DNA from: Octopus sinensis
Taxonomy: Eukaryota
DNA length: 64,000 bases
Direction: 5' to 3'
Assembly: GCF_006345805.1 (NCBI RefSeq)
Contig: NC_043017.1
Span: 28,396,001 to 28,460,000 of the forward strand
A program made the translations under genes and the position numbers. Below, piece by piece: positions 38,846 to 52,250 of the stretch (position 1 is the stretch's first letter; each line of letters starts with the position of its first letter). The notes under the pieces are model-generated. The model made no database searches. It was not told the origin of the DNA and saw only the letters and a program-made list of their open reading frames with translations.

Positions 38846-39165
38846 ATAATACTTAAACTATGTATGAAGGCATTTTAATTGTAGCAAAATTTTGCTGAAT
38901 ACTAAATACAAGACGGGATTCACAAAATCGTGACGTCAATCGTAAAGCAACCACGAAATGAAGTACATTTTATTCATGCATTCACATGGCAGGCGCCACG
39001 ATGTGGAGGGATAAGTGTCTCTTGTAAACTGTCTTGTGACTTGGTTTCAATTTCATGTCATTGATACTGTCGCATTTTTATAAATTCTCAAAGGGAAGAG
39101 GTCAAAACAACCAAGTTCCATTTACATTTAATTGCAAACACAAACCTACACGCACACACATATAG

Positions 39166-39242
<77 letters not shown>

Positions 39243-40162
39243 ATGAATGTAGGTATATATGTATATATATATATAACTATACATATATATATTTATATAA
39301 GATATATATATATATTTATATGTATATATACATATGTACATATACATACATATATATATATGTGTATATATATGCGCATACACACACATATATATATAGG
39401 TATATATATGCATATATATACGTATATATGTATATATGTATATATATAATAATAATAACTGATATATTTTTTTGATGCGAATCTATACTGTTTTCTTCCT
39501 CGATCCATCTCTAATTCTCTCTTTCTTTCTCTTTCTCTCTCTCGTTGCGCACACGTTATCATCGTCCATCTTTCCTTTCCTCACCTTACAATCTTTGTTT
39601 TCCGGCACGGACGTTCAAAGGACTGAACGTCTTTTCCTTTCTCTTCTATCTTTTCTCTTTTGAAAGAATATATTTCTCCCAGCGTTCACTATTTTCCTCT
39701 CGTTCTGGTCTAATGACTCTCGATGTTTGTTTTCGTTCGGTTTCCTTATATGTCTTTACTGCCCTGTTTTTGTTCCCAACTTTGATCCTCCATAAATCCT
39801 AAATCATATTATGGAATTTATGGAAGCAACCAACTGTATTCGAAAACTCATATTGTCGTTGAATGCTCGAAAGCAGGAGTAGATAAACAACTGACAACTA
39901 ATGAAGGTCGTCTCTTGGTATTTCCTATCGTATTTTCCTTTTTTCTCTCAGTGTTTATGCATTTAGCACGTTTGTCTACGCATTCCATGTTGTTTACACA
40001 ACTGGCGACGTCCTGTACCCATATATGCATATATATACATTATATATATACGCACGCACGCATACACACACACACATATATATATATATATACAATATAT
40101 ATATATATATAAAAAAAAATTTATTATACTAGTATGAACGCCGCGCATCCATTTCCAACTAA

Positions 40163-40228
<66 letters not shown>

Positions 40229-40230
<2 letters not shown>

Positions 40231-40400
40231 CGGGAATGTTGACGAAAATAAACAAAAAGACGCAGGCAGGTGGAGTAGAAACAAACAAATGTATTAGTAT
40301 AGCGCTGAGGAATAGAAATAGAACAAGTCTTTTACGTTCGAGCCTACGGTCTTCGACAGAAAGATACACAGTAAAAAAAAAAACACGGAGAGAAACATGG
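40229..40400 (-). mobile_element. Family 2 PLE-like repeat (degenerate hammerhead 40328-40364)
   Basis: TCTTT-CTGTCGA-A-GACC...GCTC-GAAC-GTA-AAAGA. One A of GAAA is lost. Flanked by (TA)n. Confidence 0.65.
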
Positions 40401-40427
40401 ATATATATATATGTATATATATATATG

Positions 40428-40464
<37 letters not shown>

Positions 40465-41384
40465 GCATGCTTAAAAAGCGTGGATCCATTTTTATGTAAA
40501 ATATACGTTGTTACATTAGTATCTAGAAACTATTCAATATCTGAAATATATTTAAAATATTTCTCATTCATACGCACAATAACCACAACGTTAAGGGATT
40601 TTTTTTCAATCGTTATATATTCATGAGGCACTAACTATTATGCTCTTCTGAAATACCATTATAATATCAATAGTAGCCACAATGTCCTTGATAAATTTTA
40701 TTATGAGAGACTATGATAATTAAAATATTCTTTAAAATTCATCATATTGATTTTAATATAAGTATTGGATATATTATATATGCACAATATATCCGCTGAG
40801 AGAAAGCACTATATTATAAAATCTTACTTTCAAAAAGTTATAAATTTTCACCCAAGCACATCAAGGAAAAAAAATCAATATATACATATGTTTTAAAACC
40901 TCTCTTTCGTTTTCTTTCTCGCGTACACTCACATACACCTCCCCCCATTACAATCATGCTTTTATATTGGTAATAATTTTTATATGTTTTGGATCTAACA
41001 GAAGACTTAATATTGATAGAATAATTCATTTCGTTGTATTACAGGAACTCACAAACGAGGTGGAGTTGTACAATGCATGCAGATATTTTAAAACTAAATT
41101 GCATTTTTGTTGACCTATATTGAGTATACATGTTTTTAATATCGTTGCAACTCTGATTTTCTTGACCAGATTCGTGATTTCTGATATGGTGGCCGATTTC
41201 TATTCGGTTGAAAGCGTGGGAAAATTTTCAATTTCCTAGACTAACTTAAATCGCACTCCGACCAATACGTCTATTCCTTTAGCTCTTACTTCTCTCTAAC
41301 AAGTCCCCGTGCTTTTGTACTTGACATGCTATGTCCTGTACTAGCACCAGAAACAACTTTGGTTTCTAGTACTAAAATCCCTTG

Positions 41385-41595
41385 TTTGTGTGTCTGTGTT
41401 TGTCCCCCCTAGCGTTGCTTGACAACCGATGCTGGTGTGTTTATGTCCCCGTTACTTAGCGATTCGGCAAAAGAGACCGATAGATAAAGTACTGGGCTTA
41501 CAAAAGAATAAATCCCGGGGTCGAGTTGCTCGATGAAAGGCGGTGCTCCAGCATGGCCGCAGTCAAGTGACTGAAACAAGTAAAAGAGTAAAAGA
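41385..41595 (+). mobile_element. SINE family B 3' half
   Basis: Similarity to 58640-58850. Confidence 0.85.
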
Positions 41596-41726
41596 TATAT
41601 ATATATATATATATATTGAGTCTCCAACACGCTTATTCATTGTATGTTAGCGAAGTTAGTTTTCGTGCTGCTGCCTAGAAGATTATATACAATCATGAGT
41701 TAGTCCTAAACGGTATATTAAACGCA

Positions 41727-41962
41727 TAAGGCGGCGAACTGGCAGAAACGTTAACACGCCGGGCGAAATGCTTAGCGGTATCTCGTCTACTGTTACATTC
41801 TGAGTTCAAATTTCACCGAGGTCGACTTTGCCTTTCATCCTTTCTCAGTCGATAAATTAAGTATCAGTTGCGTACTGGGGTCAATATAATCGACTTAATC
41901 CATTTGTCTGTCCCTGTTTGTTCCCTCTGTGTTTAGCCCCTTGTGGGTAGTAAAACAATAGG
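41727..41962 (+). mobile_element. SINE-A with TSD GGTA(T/C)ATTAAACGC
   Basis: TSD at ~41712 and ~41961. Confidence 0.9.
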
Positions 41963-43339
41963 TACATTAAACGCTTGCACTTATATATTGATGTTTCTGC
42001 AAGGGGTAATGTTTTGCGATGCAGGGACCGACAAAGAGAGCGGATCTAGCTTCAAAGAAATTCCAGCCATAAGCGAGCAGTGGAGTATTTAGGTATTCTA
42101 AGAAAGCCTGATCCATACATCTTTTGCATTTTAAAGTTATTGTTTGAAAGGGAATTGGGTTGCTATTTCTAGCAGATCTGTAAACATTATACACGCATGC
42201 ACACAGACCCGCTTCTTCCACTACACGACTGGTTTCCACGGAGTTTCCGCCGAGCCAAATTATTCAGAAGCCACTGGCAGAAGCTATAATTAGAAGACAC
42301 TTGCCCAAGGCAAGCTGCAGAGCACTTGGAACGAAACTGGAACCAAGAAGCTGCAAAGCGAGCAACATAACCACACATCCAAACTTAAGATTATTTTATA
42401 TGTTTATATGAAATAATTCGCAACACAGTAGATAGATTAAAAAAAAAACGTTGAGATCAAATAAACAAATATTTTCTAGGAATGTAATTACTTAAACGAA
42501 ATTTTAAGACTTCAAATAGCTTTCTGGTGATTACGTGTACATATTCACGAAACGTTAGCAAAAAGAAGGAGAAAGAATAACACTGATCATATATCATATT
42601 GATATCATAGGAAAGAAATAATAACAATAAATATATATTAAACAATGGAATGTCAAATAATCCAAGTCGAGAAAGCGTAGAGGGAGGAGCAGGAAAAAAA
42701 AACTACATGGAGAGAGTAAGAGGCAAAAATACCACCACCACCACCACCATCATCATCATCCTCATCAGTATTACTATTTGTTTTTCTTTTCCGTATGTTT
42801 ATTTAATTTTTCTGGTAATGTATATGAAATCTTATTTGAAAGAAAATGATTTTCGCGATCGTCTTATCATTGTAAAGAATCAAATCTTCACCTACATTTA
42901 AAATACAAAAGTCTTTGGTTGAAATAAAAGGTGTATATGTATAATTTTGCACATGAAGAAAAAAAAAATACCACTGAAAAAAAAAATAACGGAATAAATA
43001 TATAAATCTAAAAAGGTGGCAAAAAAAAACAAACTAAACTGTAATTAAAGAAAGGGTGAATTAAAATCAAGATAACTGTAAAAAAAAAAAGAACATTATA
43101 ATTTCAGAACAAAGAGATTTCCTCACCATTAAAGAAAAAAATATCGACATCAAAATAGTGTTACGCATTTCCTAACAGGTAAAAATTGAATTAAAAATGA
43201 AAATGAGAGACGGTAGCATTGCTTAAGGTGGAAAGAAAAACAAAATTATTTTGTAAAAAAAAGATAAAGACGAGGATGATGAAGCCGTAACATAATGTGG
43301 ATGACTGTGTGAAATAAATCACCTAAAGGCGATGACATA

Positions 43340-43371
43340 TTTATACATATATACATACATATATATGCATG

Positions 43372-43403
<32 letters not shown>

Positions 43404-43597
43404 GCATGTATATATATATATATATATGCATGTATATAATATATATATATGCATGTATATATATATGCATGTTATATATATATGCATATATATATATATA
43501 TACATATATATATAATATGCATATGTGTAAGTGTATATGAATATATATATATAATGTGTGTTCATGCATATATACGTATGTGCACACACACACAGAT

Positions 43598-43638
<41 letters not shown>

Positions 43639-43782
43639 ATATATATATATGTGTATCTATATATGTATATATATATATATCTGTGGTATGCATATAAAAG
43701 CGTAAATATCTCTGTGCGTATAAATGTACACAAAATTCTGGTATGTATATAAATATATATATATATTTCTGTATATACTTAG

Positions 43783-43836
<54 letters not shown>

Positions 43837-43985
43837 TATATTAATATATATATATAGATATATATATATATATTATATATATATATAATATATATTAGTC
43901 GAACATATGTGCGTATGCATATATATATATATATATATATATAATACATACATACGCGCATACATATACATATACATACATACAT
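43340..43985. repeat. (TA)n/(CA)n/(TGCA) compound microsatellite
   Basis: Direct inspection. Confidence 0.95.
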
Positions 43986-44448
43986 GCTTACATACAGACT
44001 GAAGGTGTTACTGTAAGAAAGAGGATCAGAAGGCACATGTATATGAAATTACTTTCTTTTAAAAAACATTTAACGCTTTAGGGTAGGAAAATCAGATATG
44101 CTAGAAAATTAGTGAGATACTTTGTCAATGGTATTAACGAAAAAACAGGAAAAAAAAAAAGAATATAGGAGAAAGTAAAAAAAAAAATGAAGAAAAAAAC
44201 ACGAATAAGAAACATGTTAAATATAAAAAAATGTTAGATGCTATCTTCCTCAAATTTTGTGCCACGCACAGCACTGTATTGTTATGCTACTCGGGTGATA
44301 TGAAGAAAAAATGTAGAAATAAAATGGCGGTGGTTTCTGACGTTTCTTGCATTTGCTATATTTCGTTACTAAGAAGTAATACGGAATAATAATAGCAGAA
44401 AATGTTTAGTTTGATTTTTCCAAAAATGCAAGCACATATATACACATA

Positions 44449-45352
44449 CTAGCAGTATCGCCCGGCGTTGCTCGGGTTTGTAAGGGAAATAACTATATAA
44501 GCATTTTTAGAGATGCAAAGTATAATAGCCATCTCAATATGGTTAACCACAAAAGGGGGGGGGTTGTTACTGTAGCTTTTTACGTTCTGAGATTTAATAA
44601 TAAACTTTTAGAGAGTTACTTCCATTATATATGCCAAAAATGCATTAAAATGGGAAAAATTGATGGTAATTTTTTTTTTAAATCGTAGACTCATCGTAGA
44701 CGCGCGCTAATACCCAGAAGGGCTCGATATGAATCACGAGTATAAGATACCCGGTTTTGGTTAAACTGCACCGCAAAATGTGGGAGTAGTTAGGAATCTA
44801 AATTGTAGGAGACAGACAGCACACAGCCTTACTTTTATATATAAAGACTAGCAGTATCGCCCGGCGTTGCTCGGGTTTGTAAGGGAAATAACTATATAAG
44901 CATTTTTAGAGAGTTACTTCCCTTATAAATTCGGGCTTTCTTAGCCATTTTTGTTTTGGTGTCTTCAAGCCATGAAGTCGTTGTTCTAAAAGAACGCTGG
45001 TTTCCTTCACAACGCATTACGACGTTGATTTCTTTACACTCCCTTCCCCACAGCTTCACGAGGGAGGGAAGGGGGAGAAGCAAACAGGTGCAGCTGTGAG
45101 CGTGGACGCCAACTCCGCCGCCATCGACATACGATGCATTTTATGCATTAAAATGGAATAAAAAATGATGTTAAATTATTTTTAAAATCGTAGACTCATC
45201 GTTGACGCGCGCTAATAGTCAGACGGGCTCGATATGAATCACAACTATAAGATACCCGAATTTGGTTAAACTGCACCACAAAATGTGGGAGGAGTTAGGA
45301 ATCTAAATCGAAGGGGACAGACACTCACACAACTAGAGTTTATATATATAGA
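44449..45352 (-). mobile_element. Two tandem non-autonomous Helitrons (44449-44847 and 44848-45352)
   Basis: Minus strand A|TCTATATATATAAA...CCCGAGCAACGCCGGG hairpin...CTAG|TCTTTATATATAAAA...hairpin...CTAG|T. Canonical TC/CTAG ends, A-T target, no TSD. Confidence 0.9.
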
Positions 45353-45479
45353 TATACACTAATGTACACAAATATAAGCACATGTATACACATATGTATA
45401 TATGAAATTGCAGAGTATAAAATTACATAGATGTATACACGAAAGAAATACGCCAATATATTCAATTGTTCTATTATTT

Positions 45480-45700
45480 TCTTTACTTGTTTCAGCCATG
45501 TGACTGCGGTCATGCTAGAGCACCGCCATGAAGGGATTTTAGTCGTACAAATCAACGCCAGGACTTATTTTTTAAAGCCGAGTGCACATTCTTTTCAATT
45601 TCTTTTGCCAAACTGTTGAGTTTCGGGGAAGTAAACATACTAACACCGGTTATCAAACGGTGACTGTGACAAAAGAAACACTCACACAAAAGACACACAT

Positions 45701-45745
<45 letters not shown>

Positions 45746-45895
45746 CGACGGACTTCTTTTAATTTCCACTCTCAAAGCCTTGGACGGCTCAAGGCTATAA
45801 TAGAAGAGACTGGCCCAAGAAGCCACATAGTGAGAATGAACCTGGATCCATGTGGTTGGGAAGCAAGCTTCTTATCACACAGCCAAACCTACGCC
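45480..45895 (-). mobile_element. SINE family B, diverged
   Basis: Reverse similarity to 58430-58850. Confidence 0.8.
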
Positions 45896-45937
45896 TTGGT
45901 TAAAGACTTTATATATATATATATATAATATATATAT

Positions 45938-46115
45938 AAAGGGAAAGTTTACGAAAATAAACAAAAGACGAAGACAGGTGGTGTACAAGTAATAGAAAAA
46001 GTGTTTTGCGTTTCGAGCATACGCTCTTCTACAGAAAAGGACACAGAAAAAACAAGGAGAGAAACAAGGAGAGAATTAAAAATGTGTGTAGTGGCTAACG
46101 ATCTATCATGGTGAC
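45938..46115 (-). mobile_element. Family 2 PLE-like repeat (hammerhead variant 46002-46039)
   Basis: CTTTT-CTGTAGA-A-GAGC[GTAT]GCTC-GAAAC-GCA. Cleavage triplet mutated. Confidence 0.65.
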
Positions 46116-46144
46116 TATATATATACGTAAAGACATACGCACAT

Positions 46145-46208
<64 letters not shown>

Positions 46209-46294
46209 TTTAGCCAGAGTCAAAAATTATATGTACTCCTGTTTTTTTGTTTTTTCAATGTATTTACACAAAATAAGGGGTTAAACAAGTACGT

Positions 46295-46700
46295 TAATTT
46301 TCTATATAGTCTCCCCCCTTTTCGATGCGCTTGGCCCAGAGGGCCACAAGCTTCCGTATTTCCCTCAAGATAAGGTTTTTTTTGGGTCAACCATTCATGC
46401 ACTGTTTCCTTCACATCTTCAGCCGTCGGTAATCGACGATCTCGTAAACCATCTTTAGGACGTCCAAAGATATGATAGTTGGAAGGGCGAGATCTGGGCT
46501 GTAGGCATGGTGTTCTAACACCGCAAAATCCAATTTGTTAATGGTTTCAACGGTATGGGCGGCTGTATGTGGGCAGGCATTGTCATGCAGCATCAAAACT
46601 TTTTCTCCCAATAGGCTTCAATGTTTGGTGCGAATTGTTGATTTCAGTTTGTTGGTCAAGCAAAGTACTGTATCTTGCAATGTTGATCGTACACCCCTTT
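46295..46700 (-). pseudogene. Mariner transposase C-terminal half (frameshifted)
   Basis: KVLMLHDNACPHTA and LEHHAYSPDLA (HDNA and YSPDLAP motifs), then VHEWL and ..IEKGGDYIE-type end. Confidence 0.9.
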
Positions 46701-47579
46701 TCAGAGAAATCGGATATGTGTGTATACGTACATGCTTATACTAGCTCCTATAGTGAGCTCTTCATTGTGCCTTGGGCCAAGCAATGACATTTCATGCATC
46801 GAATACATACTAAATTCTATTAAACTCCAACAAATTGATATAATTTGTCGACTTTGAACTTATTGCAAAGTTGCATGATAAACATCATTTTCTGCCTTTT
46901 CATTTGGGGTCAGTACAAATAGCTTGTTTCCATTTCTTGAACAACCAACATACAGCTGCTATAGGCAACAATGAACTTACCTTATAAAGGTCCAACGATA
47001 ATTTTTCTGCCATCACTTAATTTAAAGCCAGTTTGATGTAAGTAGGGCCTTACTTTTCGTACAATGAATTATTTGCAGTAGCTGGTACGAATCTAAATTC
47101 CTGTGCGTAGTTTGAAAGAAAATTACACCACTGTCGCTAAACACTATTTTAAAGGGTACTTTTATGGTTTCGAATTGCTCTAAACGTATTTGGCCATAAC
47201 GATGTTTGAAATTTAATAATTTTTAGTATTTTTAAAGGTAATAATAAAATTAGCTCCGACAGCCGACGGCATGAAAATAGATCTGACAAATTTTATTAAT
47301 ATCTGAAAAAATACTACGTTTCCAACATTTTTATGATAGAGAATTATGAGAGGTAATACTGTATGAGAGACTGAGTTCAAAACGTATTTCAGTTCCGAAC
47401 GTTACGAAGCACTTTTATGGTAAAATTATTTGATACAATTAGAAGTGTCACTGAATAGTAAGAGACGGGTAATGCATGAGGAACAGTAGAAGTGTCCTTC
47501 ATTAGTGAGAGAGGGAGTCGGAGGTGTGAAGTTGAAAAAGTGACTTAGTGACACACTGCCATTCGCTTTCGCATTTATT

Positions 47580-47660
47580 ATATATACATACATACACACA
47601 CATATATATACTTATATCTATATATATACATCTCTCTCTCTATATATATATATATGTATG

Positions 47661-47707
<47 letters not shown>

Positions 47708-47786
47708 ATATATATTATATATATCTATATATACATATATATATATATCTATATATACATATATATATATCTATATATATCTATAT

Positions 47787-47833
<47 letters not shown>

Positions 47834-47988
47834 CTATATACATATATATATATCTATATATCTATATATATATATATTATATATATATATATCTATTATA
47901 CATATATATATATCTATATATACTATATATACTATATATATATCTATATATACATATATATATATCTATATATACATATATATATATC

Positions 47989-48025
<37 letters not shown>

Positions 48026-48075
48026 CTATATATACATATATATAGATATATATCTATATATACATATATATGTAT
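47580..48075. repeat. ~500-bp (TA)n/(TATC) microsatellite
   Basis: Direct inspection. Confidence 0.95.
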
Positions 48076-48327
48076 ATCATCACCATCACCATCACGTTAA
48101 TCAACATCACCCCTTCGCCTTCTCCTCCTCCTCCTCCTTCTAGTCTTCTTTTTCTCGTTCGCCGTTTTCTGTCTCATGTATTAATTTTCTCTCGCATCCA
48201 AATCTCCTCGAACACTTATTATAGAAATCATAGCTGCAATCTGATACGTAAAATATATTGACATAAGAATTCATTTAATTCCAATGTGTCATTCATTTCG
48301 GCACAGCAGGTCATCCAGTAAATCATA

Positions 48328-48545
48328 TACTCTTTTACTCTCTTACTTGCTTCAGTCATTTGACTGTGGCCATGCTGGAGTACCGCCTTTAGTCGAGCAA
48401 ATCGACCTCAGGACTTATTCTTTGTAAGCGTAGTACTTTTTTCTATACGTATCTTTTTTCGAACCGCTAAGTTACAGTGAAGTAAACACATCACCATCAG
48501 TTGTAAAGCGATGTTGGGGGGACAGACACAGACAAACACAGACAT
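48328..48545 (-). mobile_element. SINE family B 3' half
   Basis: Reverse similarity to 58640-58850. Confidence 0.85.
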
Positions 48546-48549
48546 ACAA

Positions 48550-48588
<39 letters not shown>

Positions 48589-48760
48589 GTGTGCTCACAC
48601 TTGTTCTTAAGCGTCGTAAACTCTCATCTTATAGAGTTTCAGCCCCCTGAAAATCTCTCTGAGCTTTTCCTTTCCATTGCAGACTGCATTAATTTCTGCA
48701 ATCTATAATTTTTAAGGCATTCCTTAGAGGTTGTCTGTCGCTTTGCATATACATATACGC

Positions 48761-48813
<53 letters not shown>

Positions 48814-48864
48814 GCAGTCATCAAGAAGTTTTTGTTCGTCTTGAGGATGATAGAGGTTCCTTGT

Positions 48865-48946
48865 CTTTCCTGATGAGAAGACAGCATAATGCACCCTTTA
48901 TTCCTTCAAATTAAGAGTATGCAGTCTTCGAAACATGTGTTGAGAG
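48865..48946 (+). ncRNA. Type I hammerhead ribozyme (family 5, copy 1)
   Basis: CTTTC-CTGATGA-GAAGAC...GTCTTC-GAAA-CATGT-GTT-GAGAG. Confidence 0.75.
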
Positions 48947-49111
48947 TAAAGGAATTTTGTTAAAATCTTCGTTCGACTCCATTCTTTCATTTATTCATAT
49001 ATATATATATATATATTAGTTCACCAAAATTTAGATTCAAATGAATAAGGTACTTAAGTTAGATGCACCAGAATTTTGTATGGTGTTATCCATATAAATC
49101 AATGGGGTGAT

Positions 49112-49200
49112 TATAATCAAAATAAGCAACAAGAATAACTTCGGTTGTTTGGTAGCGTGAAACGATCGTGAAGTTATTCTTGTTGCTTATTTTGATTATA
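49112..49200. repeat. Perfect 31-bp inverted repeat with 27-nt loop
   Basis: TATAATCAAAATAAGCAACAAGAATAACTTC (49112-49142) / GAAGTTATTCTTGTTGCTTATTTTGATTATA (49170-49200). Confidence 0.9.
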
Positions 49201-49420
49201 TATATATAATATATATATATATATATAAATGAAAGAATAGAGTTGAACGACGATTTAACAAAATTCCTTTATTCTCGACATATGTTTCGAAGGCTGCATA
49301 TTCCTGATTTCGAAGGAATAAGGGGTGCATTTTAAAGAAACACTCATTATCGCTATGGGCTCCGTGTGGGCAGTCATCTAAGAGTTTTTGTTCATCTTGA
49401 TGCTGACATAAGTTCCTTGT

Positions 49421-49503
49421 TTTTCCTGATGAGAAGGCGGCATAATGCACCCCTTATTCCTTCGAAATTAGGAAAATGCAGCCTTCGAAACATATGTCGA
49501 GAA
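49421..49503 (+). ncRNA. Canonical type I hammerhead ribozyme (family 5, copy 2)
   Basis: TTTTC-CTGATGA-GAAGGC...GCCTTC-GAAA-CATAT-GTC-GAGAA. Full consensus core, palindromic stem III ACATATGT, GUC triplet with predicted cleavage after 49498. Confidence 0.85.
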
Positions 49504-49729
49504 TAAAGGAACTTTGTTAAATCATCGTTCAACTCTATTCTTTCATTTATTTGTATTAAAAAACACACAAATTTCCACACGAAAGCACGTGGTCTCTGCC
49601 CTTGGCATGTAGCTTCAACCGTGTTTTTCTGACGTGAATTTGCTTCCCACGTATCGGTTAACCGAATTATCCATACTAAGATAATTCATTCAACTACTTA
49701 TATTATATATATATATATACACACATACC

Positions 49730-49767
<38 letters not shown>

Positions 49768-49853
49768 TAAATATGCCTATCGATCTATTTCTTTAACATC
49801 GCTTTTCTCTCTCGCTGGGTATTTTTAGGTATTTTTCGATATTGTTGTTTTTG

Positions 49854-49896
<43 letters not shown>

Positions 49897-50626
49897 CATT
49901 ATTATTATTGTTATTATTATATATAATATGGACGTACATATATGTGTACGTGTGTGTGTTTTTCTTTGTGCGTGTGTGCGTCTTTGTATGTGTGTGTGCG
50001 TGTGTGAATATGTGCGCGCGTGTATGTGTGTATGTGTGTTCGTGAGTGCATTTACCTATATATATACTACACAGAAATATATTTCGACATTAAGTATGAA
50101 ATATGTTGCTTTGTGTCTGGACACATCTTAATTACTCTTACATAACGTCTATAATCGCTTTCTTTTCTGCTATCAATTCGTATTCGATGACAATTATCTG
50201 TAAATATTGTAAAGAATTTTCTTCATGGATATTTGCCATGAGACATTGTTAATGAGTTTTAGTTGTTCAACGTACAGCATTTACGAATCTCTTCTTACGA
50301 CTGTATTCTTAATGCTTGTGTAATGACAGTTTGTAGACAAAAATTTTCACAACTGAAACAGTGAACAACGAATATAATAAATACGTATTTAGATATTGAA
50401 TCTGGTTATAAATTTTGCTGATGTCATAACTATAGATGCACATTTACCATGTTCTTCTTCCCTAATGTGCACTTATCACTTGCTTCTGCACTAAAATTTA
50501 TAAATGTGCAAGTTGACTTTTTTTTTCCATTTGAATCTCATTTGGTTACGTACAGGAAATTTTATATGACACTTTTTTTATGCTTGTGGACACTAAGTTG
50601 AAACTAGAGCAACGGTATTTTGTTTT

Positions 50627-50861
50627 AAGGCGGCGAGCTGGCAGAAACGTTAGCACGCTGGGCGAACTGCTTAGCGGTATTTCGTCTGCCGCTACGTTCT
50701 GAGTTCAAATTCCGCCGAGGTCGACTTTGCCTTTTATCCTTTCGGGGTCGATTAAATAAGTACCAGTTACGCACTGGGGTCGATATAATCGACTTAATCC
50801 GTTTGTCTGTCCTTGTTTGTCCCCTGTATGTTTAGCCCCTTGTGGGTAGTAAAGAAATAGG
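50627..50861 (+). mobile_element. SINE-A full length with TSD GGTATTTTGTTTT
   Basis: TSD at ~50613 and ~50859. Confidence 0.92.
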
Positions 50862-50961
50862 TATTTTGTTTTGAATTTCCTACGACTCATATTTTGTACG
50901 CGCGCACACAGTTTCACATACACACACACACATAAGTACGTCCATATTACGTATACATATA

Positions 50962-51028
<67 letters not shown>

Positions 51029-51029
51029 A

Positions 51030-51560
51030 CATAATTTACATTATTTACAATTGACGGATATTTGTCCTAATCTTGATTGTTGTTAACACAACGGTTCGAC
51101 TGATATAGCCTTTCGCCTTCATTAGGTGTCTTCGGGAAATTTCGAACCTGCGTTCTCATTCCGAAAGTATTTTTCGATGTTGTTGTTGTTATTATTATTA
51201 TTATTATTGTTGTTGTTGTTGCTGTTGTTATTCAGGTCACTGCCTGGAATCGAACTCGGAATTTTGGGGTTAGTAGCCCTCGCTCTTAACCCCAAGATTC
51301 CGTGTTCGATTCCAGGCAGTGACCTGAATAATAATAATAATAATGATAATAATAATAATAATAATGATAATAATAATGATGATGATGATGATAACATTGA
51401 AAAATACCTTAAGAATGAGAACCCAGGTTCGAAATTTCCTCAGGACACCTGATGAAAGCTGGAGGACATATCAGCTGAAACGTTGTGTTAACAACAAACA
51501 AGATGAAGACAAATATCCGTCAAATGTAAATAATGTAAATAATGTAGATAATTCCTCATC
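51030..51560. mobile_element. Second palindromic pair of tRNA-headed hammerhead elements
   Basis: Inverted arms meet at ~51285, each with a partial tRNA head, (AAT)n, body and hammerhead. Homologous to 29336-29805. Confidence 0.85.
51444..51489 (+). ncRNA. Minimal type I hammerhead ribozyme (family 1)
   Basis: GACAC-CTGATGA-A-AGCTG[GAGGACATAT]CAGCT-GAAAC-GTT-GTGTT. Stem II pair is A-T where the 29.4-kb copy has G-C. Confidence 0.8.
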
Positions 51561-51577
51561 ACTTCAATATAGAACTG

Positions 51578-51629
<52 letters not shown>

Positions 51630-51702
51630 TATGTGTGTATCTATGTATGTAAGTATGTATGGCTATATATAGATATATGTTTGTGTGTGTGTGTGTGTGT
51701 AT

Positions 51703-52250
51703 TTACAGGTTGCGTAAGTTATATGGGGACATACCCTTTTTTGTCCATAACTGCATTTGTTGCTAACTCTGTATAATCTTTGTTTCAGAAAATAATAATG
51801 GCAGACTTTCAGATTACTCAAGAAATGAGGAGGCATGCTGTTATTGTGATTATAAAGGCTGAGCATAGAGATTTAGATATATCTCGATTTTTAAATGTTG
51901 CCAGATCTTTCGTCTGTAATATTTGCAAGTAGCTAAGAATGAAGATGGAAATGTATCAAAGCATAACAAGCATTTTAAATGCTCTGAAATCATCAGAACA
52001 CCTGAATTTATCCGGCAAGTTCAACAGACAATTGATTATAATCCTAGAAGTCCATGAGGTCAATTGCAAAAGATCTCCGTGTATCAGAAGGAACAATCAG
52101 AAATGTTGTCCAAGAAGACATCAGATATAAGTCTTATATGACGAGGAAAGGTCAATTAATCAGAAAATGCAAAAGAAAATCACATCAGATCTGAAAGGCT
52201 CTTAAACAAAATGAAAAATTCAGAAGAAGATTTGATTTGGTTTTTCTCAA
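51703..52250 (+). pseudogene. Tc1/mariner superfamily (maT/DD37D-like) transposon 5' fragment
   Basis: TA-CAGGTTG start. Peptides RRHAVIVIIKAEHRDLDISRFLNVARSFV, SMRSIAKDLRVSEGTIRNVVQEDIRYKSY and LLNKMKNSEEDLIWFFS. Stops and frameshifts present. Confidence 0.7.

Noticed and set aside
26290-46700. Two mariner halves as one split element
   Set aside because: They are 20 kb apart on opposite strands with no matching TIR or TSD evidence. Treated as independent remnants.
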